From: an uncultured Rhodothermales bacterium
GTDB lineage: Bacteria > Bacteroidota > Rhodothermia > Rhodothermales > CAZKDQ01
Length of the DNA stretch: 44,673 nucleotides
Direction of reading: 5' to 3'
Assembly: GCA_964603055.1 (NCBI GenBank)
Contig: CAZRTY010000002.1
Location: 1-44,673, forward strand
Numbering within the stretch: position 1 is the stretch's first letter; each line of letters opens with the position of its first letter. Below the pieces are notes generated by a model. The model had not been told where the DNA came from, made no database searches, and saw nothing but the letters and a program-made list of their open reading frames with translations. Of the stretch, positions 18,914-24,965 are shown in pieces. A program made the translations under genes and the position numbers.

Positions 18914-19542
18914 CGAATCAAGGTCAGAACATCTTCAGTCAACACATCCGGCCAAACTGCCGGCACGTCCATGGCTCGGCTGAGGCGCACCTCGTAGTCG
19001 GACCGAGGAATTGCTGCGGCTCCGAATTGTGCGAGGTGAGGCGTCACGAACTGGACGTCGAGTAGCGACGCACCTGCGGCTTTCAAACGCGCGACGAGGT
19101 GAACAAGTGCCACCTTACTGGCATCCGTCGACCGGTGGAACATGGATTCCCCAAAAAACGCACCCCGGATCATCACGCCGTAAAGTCCGCCCGCGAGTTC
19201 GGCGTCTTCCCAAACCTCGATACTGTGTGCGAAACCGAGCCTGTACAACGTTGAGCATACCTTGATGATCTCGTTCGAAATCCACGTCTCTTCCCGATCC
19301 GCGCAGGCCTTGATCACGTCATCGAAAGCCTCGTTGGAGGAAATGTGGAAGCGCCCGCTGCGCACGCGTTTCGACAGATTCCGGCCGACGTGAAAGCTCT
19401 CGAGCGGGATGATACCTCGTGGATCGGGAGCGTACCAGTATATCTGGTTGTCCTCGTCGGGGTCGGCCATGGGGAAGATGCCGTTAGCGTAGGCGTTGAT
19501 GAGGAGCTCCGGCGTGAGAACGATGCTCGCTTGGCTGTCCAT
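18910..19542 (-). CDS. aat: Leucyl/phenylalanyl-tRNA--protein transferase
   Basis: 210 aa with AYANGIFPM, WYAPDPRGI, GGLYGV..GAFFGESMF motifs. Confidence 0.93.
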   Translation of the reverse strand: MDSQASIVLTPELLINAYANGIFPMADPDEDNQIYWYAPDPRGIIPLESFHVGRNLSKRVRSGRFHISSNEAFDDVIKACADREETWISNEIIKVCSTLYRLGFAHSIEVWEDAELAGGLYGVMIRGAFFGESMFHRSTDASKVALVHLVARLKAAGASLLDVQFVTPHLAQFGAAAIPRSDYEVRLSRAMDVPAVWPDVLTEDVLTLIR

Positions 19543-19585
19543 ACTGCTGGCTGTATCTTCCGCGGCTCATAAGAATGCTGTGATC

Positions 19586-20110
19586 ATGACGCCCTCACGC
19601 GCACAACGCTTCCGCGCGAAGATAGGAGAATCGACGTTCGACCTCATGCTCGATGAGGACGGGGTGCGAATCGGCGAGCGTCTTGTCGATGCGCACATCG
19701 AACCCAAGGGCGGCGACCGGTATGCGCTGATGATCGGCAACCGAGCGTACTCGGTCGTATTCGAAACCGCTGCGTCGAGGGGAGGTTCGTCCGTGCTGTA
19801 TTTGAACGGACGCCGATACGCGGTGGATCTGCAGAATGAGAGGGATATACTCCTCGAACGTTTCGGAATGACGAGTGAGGTGACCACTGGGAAGCAGGAA
19901 ATCACGGCGCCAATGCCGGGACTCGTCGTGCGCACGCTCGTCGAGCCGGGGGATGAGGTTTCGGAAGGGCAGGGATTGCTCGTGCTTGAGGCCATGAAAA
20001 TGGAGAACGAATTGAAGGCGGCATCATCGGGAACGGTCGGCATCGTTCATGTAGAAGCGGGAACGGCCGTGCGCAAGAACGACCTGTTGATCACTTTTGC
20101 AGAGCACTGA
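19586..20110 (+). CDS. Biotin/lipoyl attachment domain protein (biotin carboxyl carrier-like)
   Basis: About 174 aa from MTPSRAQRF. The C-terminal ~70 aa is a biotinyl domain with the EAMKMENEL attachment motif. The N-terminal ~100 aa is not recognised. The ORF track start at 19496 overlaps aat on the opposite strand. Confidence 0.8.
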   Translation: MTPSRAQRFRAKIGESTFDLMLDEDGVRIGERLVDAHIEPKGGDRYALMIGNRAYSVVFETAASRGGSSVLYLNGRRYAVDLQNERDILLERFGMTSEVTTGKQEITAPMPGLVVRTLVEPGDEVSEGQGLLVLEAMKMENELKAASSGTVGIVHVEAGTAVRKNDLLITFAEH

Positions 20111-20113
20111 GCG

Positions 20114-21091
20114 ATGAAAGTTCTCGTCACGGGGGCGACGGGCATGGTCGGTGCCGAGCTGACCCGTCAATTACTTGCCGAAGGTGCCGACGTCCGCATC
20201 CTGCGCCGCCAATCGAGCGATGTCTCGTTGCTCGGGGAAGCTGCGTCCACGGTGGAGCACGTCGTTGGAGATGTGACGGATGCGGTCTCGATTGAAAAGG
20301 CAACACGGGGCGTCGCGCACATCTATCATTGCGCGGCATTTGTGGGGATGGGGCCGGGTGTAAGCCGCGCCGCTCTCGACGATGTGAACGTCGGCGGCAC
20401 GGCTAATGTCGTCAACTCGGCGCTGCGCAATGGAGTGAGCCGCCTCGTGCATACGTCAAGTATGGCGGCATTTGGGCGAACGGAATCATCGTCTGAGGTC
20501 ATCGACGAGAATACAACGTGGCACACGTCGAAGAACAACACCGCGTACGCACGCTCGAAGTATCATGCGGAGTTGGAGGTACTGCGCGGCGTGGCTGAAG
20601 GCCTCGACGCCGTCACGGTGAATCCGGCACTGGTCTTTGGACATGCTCGTCCAGGTGAGAATACGCGTGAGATCGCCGAGAAAATCAAAGCAGGAAAGCT
20701 GCCCGGTATTCCACGCGGAGGAACGGCAGTGGTCGACGCGCGCGACGTTGCGACCGGGCTACGCCTGGCAATGCTAAATGGACGTACCGGCGAGCGCTAC
20801 TTCCTCGGCGCCGAGAACTTGAGTTGGGAATCAATTATCACAACGCTTGCCGGCGCCATCGGCGTAGCACCTCCTGCTCGACGGGTGAACCCCTCCCTGG
20901 CCATGGCAATTGCCGTCGCATCGGAGGTCGTCGCGTTTGCAACGCGTAGTCAACCGCTTGTAAGCCGCGAAACCGTGCGTATCGCAAACCGCACCTATCG
21001 CTATTCTAACCGAAAGGCGACGCGGGAGCTAGGATGGAATCACCGGCCCTTCGCCGAAACGGCAGCGTACGTTGCTGGATCACTTTCATGA
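20114..21091 (+). CDS. NAD-dependent epimerase/dehydratase (extended SDR family)
   Basis: 325 aa with Rossmann motif VLVTGATGMVGAEL and catalytic YxxxK (YARSKYHAE). Confidence 0.88.
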   Translation: MKVLVTGATGMVGAELTRQLLAEGADVRILRRQSSDVSLLGEAASTVEHVVGDVTDAVSIEKATRGVAHIYHCAAFVGMGPGVSRAALDDVNVGGTANVVNSALRNGVSRLVHTSSMAAFGRTESSSEVIDENTTWHTSKNNTAYARSKYHAELEVLRGVAEGLDAVTVNPALVFGHARPGENTREIAEKIKAGKLPGIPRGGTAVVDARDVATGLRLAMLNGRTGERYFLGAENLSWESIITTLAGAIGVAPPARRVNPSLAMAIAVASEVVAFATRSQPLVSRETVRIANRTYRYSNRKATRELGWNHRPFAETAAYVAGSLS

Positions 21092-21427
21092 TCACGCCAT
21101 GTGCTTCTCCACGCACTGCGTACAGTCGAGCCACTCCTCTGTCGGGATCGCATCCAGTGCAAGCGGACTCTGACCACGTTCAAAAACGGGCCGGTACAGC
21201 ACCTCACCTTGACGATGCTCCTCACCGCAGGTATGGCAGGAGACGGAGCCCGGGACCTGCGTCGGCACGTATCCGGTGATGACCCAGCCATCGTGGCCGA
21301 TGTGAGCTGCGAGACTCTCGAGGGCGGCCCGCACCGTGCGCGACTTGTTACCCGCGTAATAATCAGCCGCCAGCCTTTCGAGCAACGCAACCGTCACGTC
21401 GTCGAGTGTAAAGTTCAATCGTTGCAT
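21092..21427 (-). CDS. Ribbon-helix-helix DNA-binding protein fused to a Cys/His-rich (CxxCxxxH x2) C-terminal domain
   Basis: 111 aa from ATG 21427. The N-terminus MQRLNFTLDDVTVALLERLAADYYAGNKSRTVRAALESLA has a strand-helix-helix pattern. The C-terminus carries CHTCGEEH (aa 64-71) and CTQCVEKH (aa 102-109). The 233-aa ORF in the track (to 21793) overlaps the MerC-like gene, and its extra N-terminal part is Arg-rich off-frame-looking sequence. Confidence 0.65.
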   Translation of the reverse strand: MQRLNFTLDDVTVALLERLAADYYAGNKSRTVRAALESLAAHIGHDGWVITGYVPTQVPGSVSCHTCGEEHRQGEVLYRPVFERGQSPLALDAIPTEEWLDCTQCVEKHMA

Positions 21428-21867
21428 TGGCTTCCTCGATGACCTTGACGAGACGACGAGGCGCTGCACGACGCCCCGCTTTTCCAGTTCCTCCAGTGTC
21501 CGGCAATGAGAAGACTGCTGCCGGCGAGCGTCGTCAGCGTCTCGGCTACTTTCGACTGCTCGATCGGCTCGATAAATAGTGCAGCCAGGATCACCGCCAG
21601 CCCCCCGGTTAGTAGTGCGGGGGTGAGGAACGTTCGGTTGTTGCGCCGGAATCCAATCCAAAGTGCACTTACCGTCGCTGGTACGATGATCACAGCGAAT
21701 GCGAGGTGCATCCATCCGTGGAGCGCCTGTGCGACCGGCCAAAACGGCAAGAGCGCGATCACAATAGGCATGGCCGCGCAGTGGAGCACGCAAAGCCCAG
21801 AGGCGCTCATACCGATGCCGTCCCAGACGGGAATCCGCCGGTCGCGATTATTTGATGATGAGGGCAC
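21415..21867 (-). CDS. MerC-domain-like small integral membrane protein (putative metal transport)
   Basis: 150 aa. WDGIGMSASGLCVLHCAAMPIVIALLP resembles the N-terminus of MerC-domain proteins of Bacteroidota. It has about 4 TM helices and a GHWRNW motif, with a Cys/His-containing tail. GTG start at 21867; alternative ATG at 21810. It overlaps the downstream RHH gene by 13 nt. Confidence 0.7.
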   Translation of the reverse strand: MPSSSNNRDRRIPVWDGIGMSASGLCVLHCAAMPIVIALLPFWPVAQALHGWMHLAFAVIIVPATVSALWIGFRRNNRTFLTPALLTGGLAVILAALFIEPIEQSKVAETLTTLAGSSLLIAGHWRNWKSGASCSASSSRQGHRGSQCND

Positions 21868-21874
21868 AGGCGGA

Positions 21875-21913
21875 GATAATTATACACACGATAATACACA
21901 CGTGAGAATTCTC
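21875..21913. promoter_or_regulatory. Tandem direct repeats plus 10-bp palindrome in the MerC-like/RHH promoter region
   Basis: Direct repeats GATAAT(TAT)ACACACG (21875-21890) and GATAATACACACG (21890-21902); ATACACACG recurs with a 12-nt period. A perfect palindrome GAGAATTCTC lies at 21904-21913. A TATAAT on the minus strand (21879-21884) lies 11 nt from the GTG start. Confidence 0.4.
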
Positions 21914-21956
21914 TCAACGCTGCCTGGTTCCCTCCCCTTGGATACGGGAGCCCGGA

Positions 21957-23126
21957 CTAGCCCTCCGTCTCTTCCGCGATCTCTTCAGCCGCCGGCATCG
22001 TCACCAGCGACATATACTGCAGGCCTCTCGTCGAAAGTGCCGGCTGTTCAATCGTACCGGCGAGGCGACCACTCGTGTACAATCCGTAGGCGCCTTCGAC
22101 ATTCCGCACCATCGTCACGACGGGTGCCTCGACCTGGCGCGACGATCGTCTCACCTCAAGCGGAAACCCCGAGGCAGTGAAGAATATCTCCCACGATGCT
22201 GCGTCTTGAGATGGCATGTTTCCCGACATCAGCCACGGATACCGCGTGAGCAGATCCGGATAGCCTTCGTCTGGAACGGCGACGGCAAAGAAGGCTTCTT
22301 GAGATTGAAGAAAATCCTCAATGGTGAGATACGGGTTATCCTGCAGTGCTTGGTAAAGCGCAGCTACATCGAGCCCTGCCAGGTTGATACCATTGAAGTT
22401 GCCGTGGCTGTTGGAACCGGACCGGTATAACCGGCCATGCCAGACGTCGAACGAGCTGCTCAGCTTTACATTAATCTCGAAATGAAGGTGCGCGCGTCGT
22501 TTATCGATGCCTCGCCCCGTGTAACCCACACGCCCGAGGGCGTCTCCCCGCTCAACCTCCTGCCCTACGCGCACATCTGTCGAGTTCAGATGCGCATACA
22601 AGCTGTAGAAGGGTGAACCGCTCCACCAGTGCTCGACAACTACGTACTTACCGTATGTCGAAGCTCCTGCCGAGTTGTTCACGAAGACTACCTTACCATC
22701 ATCGACGGTCACGACCGTATCAAGCGGCTCGCCGCGCGCGTCGCGGTAAAGCACCTGGATATCGACGCCCTCGTGAAACCGAGTATAAACGAGCCCGTGG
22801 TCGGTGCGCCTCGGATTGCGGACATAGCCGTACTGCCCGCCTTCCCAGGGCGTTGAACGCCGCCCCTCAAAGTACCGGTCGGTGTATTGGTAGAACGACG
22901 GCCCGTCGTCATCGAGAAGTGCCGTGTTCGAGGTCGGGAGAATCAGGTTAAGGGAAGGCTGCGGCAGCGAAGGAGGGAGCGGCTCAACCGCATCGACGAG
23001 CGTGTCAGCAGGTGATACGCCGGCCGGAATCACAGCCGTCCCAAGCCGCTGTGCGTTGCCGATGCTGATAAAAACGCCGCTGAGCAGGACGGCGGTCAGT
23101 AATACTCCTCTCCACATAGCAGTCAC
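21957..23126 (-). CDS. M23 family metallopeptidase (secreted)
   Basis: 389 aa with an N-terminal signal/anchor. The M23 zinc motifs are HEGVDI (HxxxD) and AHLHFEI (HxH). Confidence 0.88.
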   Translation of the reverse strand: MTAMWRGVLLTAVLLSGVFISIGNAQRLGTAVIPAGVSPADTLVDAVEPLPPSLPQPSLNLILPTSNTALLDDDGPSFYQYTDRYFEGRRSTPWEGGQYGYVRNPRRTDHGLVYTRFHEGVDIQVLYRDARGEPLDTVVTVDDGKVVFVNNSAGASTYGKYVVVEHWWSGSPFYSLYAHLNSTDVRVGQEVERGDALGRVGYTGRGIDKRRAHLHFEINVKLSSSFDVWHGRLYRSGSNSHGNFNGINLAGLDVAALYQALQDNPYLTIEDFLQSQEAFFAVAVPDEGYPDLLTRYPWLMSGNMPSQDAASWEIFFTASGFPLEVRRSSRQVEAPVVTMVRNVEGAYGLYTSGRLAGTIEQPALSTRGLQYMSLVTMPAAEEIAEETEG

Positions 23127-23228
23127 GATATTCTCTCCTTACAGAACCGATCGACTTATCAAACTACAGTCACCAACCTCTCGGAGTAGAGACAGCCGTC
23201 TACCGACTACGAATCAGGTGACTAAGAC

Positions 23229-23786
23229 TTAATCACCCCAGGTTACGGGGTACTCTGCTGTGACATTCCCTCGCGCCATGTCGCGCAAACGCCTCTTAAG
23301 CAAGCGACGCTTCAGCGGACTGAGATGGTCGATGAACAGAATCCCCTCCAGGTGATCGAACTCGTGCTGAAAAACTCGTGCCAGAACACCGCCCACTTCC
23401 AGTTCGTGTTCGACGAATTCTCTATCGAGGTACCGAATGCGGATGCTTTCCGGCCGCTGCACCGGCTCGTTTAAATCCGGAATGGACAAACAGCCTTCCT
23501 CGTACTCCACACTCTCATCGCTGGACTCCACGATCTCAGGGTTGATGAGGACCATCGGCTGAGGCGGCAATTCTTCCTCTACCTCGTCCTCTCGTGGCGT
23601 CACATCAACAACGAAAACGCGCTCTCGTCGGCCCACCTGCGTAGCAGCAAGGCCGATACCCGATGCGCCGTGCATCGTCTCGATCATATTATCGATGAGC
23701 TGCTGCAGCTCAGGCGTATTCTCGGTGACGTCAGTCGCCCGTTCTTTTAGGATCGGATCCCCGAAGACACGGATAGGCAGAATCAT
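23229..23786 (-). CDS. def: Peptide deformylase
   Basis: 185 aa with GIGLAATQVG, EGCLSIP and HEFDHLEG motifs. Confidence 0.96.
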   Translation of the reverse strand: MILPIRVFGDPILKERATDVTENTPELQQLIDNMIETMHGASGIGLAATQVGRRERVFVVDVTPREDEVEEELPPQPMVLINPEIVESSDESVEYEEGCLSIPDLNEPVQRPESIRIRYLDREFVEHELEVGGVLARVFQHEFDHLEGILFIDHLSPLKRRLLKRRLRDMARGNVTAEYPVTWGD

Positions 23787-23824
23787 AGACAGCGAATAAA
23801 ATGACTGTGACCTTTGGTAAACGA

Positions 23825-24253
23825 TCAGGTGGGCCCGGAGTGCCGATGCCCATCCAAAAAGTCCTGCAGAATTATCGCCGCGGCCGCGGCGTCAACGTCG
23901 CCAGAGCGTTTTTCTACGCGCCGCCCTCCGCGGGATTCGCGCACGAGGTCGTGTGCGATCTCTGACGTATATCGCTCGTCGAGCTTCACGACGTCCACGT
24001 TCCGCAGCGCGTTCCGCAGTCGGTTTACAAACTCCTGGACGATGCGGGTCGCATCACCTTCGGATCCGTCGAGCATCAACGGCCAACCAACCACAACTGT
24101 CTCGAGCCCTTCGTCCCGATGCAGCTTTTGCAAGACGTCGACCGCTTCCCGGGGATTGTACGCACCGAGTGGCTGTGCGAACATCCTCAACGGATCTGCG
24201 ACGGCAAGGCCCACGCGCTTGCGTCCGTAATCGACTCCGACGATCCTTCCCAT
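23825..24253 (-). CDS. ruvX: Holliday junction resolvase-like nuclease RuvX (YqgF)
   Basis: 142 aa with MGRIVGVDYGRKRVGLAVADP and DERYTS motifs. Confidence 0.93.
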   Translation of the reverse strand: MGRIVGVDYGRKRVGLAVADPLRMFAQPLGAYNPREAVDVLQKLHRDEGLETVVVGWPLMLDGSEGDATRIVQEFVNRLRNALRNVDVVKLDERYTSEIAHDLVRESRGGRRVEKRSGDVDAAAAAIILQDFLDGHRHSGPT

Positions 24254-24287
24254 AAAAAAAAATGGGCCGAAGTAAGACCTTCGGCCC
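24254..24287 (-). terminator. Rho-independent terminator after the HU-like gene, abutting the ruvX start codon
   Basis: On the minus strand: GGGCCGAAG-GTCTTA-CTTCGGCCC (plus-strand 24264-24287), a perfect 9-bp stem, followed by ATTTTTTTTT (24254-24263). The T-tract runs directly into the ruvX ATG (24253). Confidence 0.8.
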
Positions 24288-24315
24288 GAAAAGATTGCCG
24301 CTTCCTCAGCGAATG

Positions 24316-24711
24316 TCAGTTGCTGCTGCCGTTCGAGATGACGATGATTTCCTCCGGCTCGTCCGCACTTCCCACCGGTATCGTGTACTCGAGATCGCTC
24401 AGAGGCGTCTGCAAAACCTCTTTCAGACGCTTGCTCGGTTTGAAATGCGTTTTACGCCGGCTCGGAATAAAAACCGTCTCGTTCGTTTTCGGGTTTCTGG
24501 CCTTCGGCTTGGCTTTGGTCTTCTTGACCTCGAAGACGCCGAAGTCGCGCAGCTCAATGCGTACTTCCGGGTCGGCCTCCAGTAATAACTCGCCTAACGC
24601 CGCGATAACAGCGCCTACCCAGGGCTCGCTGCGGTAGATCGGCTCATCCATAATATCCGCCACGCGCCGCGCCACATCTTTCTTCGTCAGTGTAGTAGGT
24701 CTTCCTGCCAT
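24316..24711 (-). CDS. HU/IHF family DNA-binding protein with C-terminal acidic extension
   Basis: 131 aa from MAGRPTTLTKKDVARRVA. The HU-fold arm is RDFGVFEVKK..ARNPKTNETVFIPSRRKTHFKPSK. An extra ~35 aa tail follows (LSDLEYTIPVGSADEPEEIIVISNGSSN). The upstream part of the 164-aa ORF in the track is unlikely to be coding. Confidence 0.82.
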   Translation of the reverse strand: MAGRPTTLTKKDVARRVADIMDEPIYRSEPWVGAVIAALGELLLEADPEVRIELRDFGVFEVKKTKAKPKARNPKTNETVFIPSRRKTHFKPSKRLKEVLQTPLSDLEYTIPVGSADEPEEIIVISNGSSN

Positions 24712-24777
24712 CTGTATCGTTAAGCTGAATGATCGTCGCCGGCAGATTGCTCGGTATAGTACGCTAATACGTCGAGG

Positions 24778-24797
24778 GATCGATTCACGAATCGATC
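24778..24797. promoter_or_regulatory. Perfect 9-bp inverted repeat upstream of the HU-like gene
   Basis: GATCGATTC-AC-GAATCGATC, 67-86 nt upstream of the ATG at 24711, inside a 254-nt comparatively AT-rich spacer. Confidence 0.3.
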
Positions 24798-24965
24798 TGC
24801 CGAAAAACATTAAAGCCGCTCACCTCTCATCGGGCGCGGACCGGCCTTTGTCCATCCATCACACCATAATCCTCAGGTATATCAAGATATGTAGGTGCTA
24901 TCTAAATAGCCTAATTACAAGTGCTTCTACCATTTATGCGTCCCTTTCTTCATCAAACCGCCACG

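Noticed and set aside
21428-21793. N-terminal 122 aa of the 233-aa ORF 21092-21793.
   Set aside because: This part overlaps the MerC-like gene in another frame and translates to Arg/Pro-rich sequence with no structure-like pattern. The recognisable RHH domain starts exactly at the internal ATG 21427.
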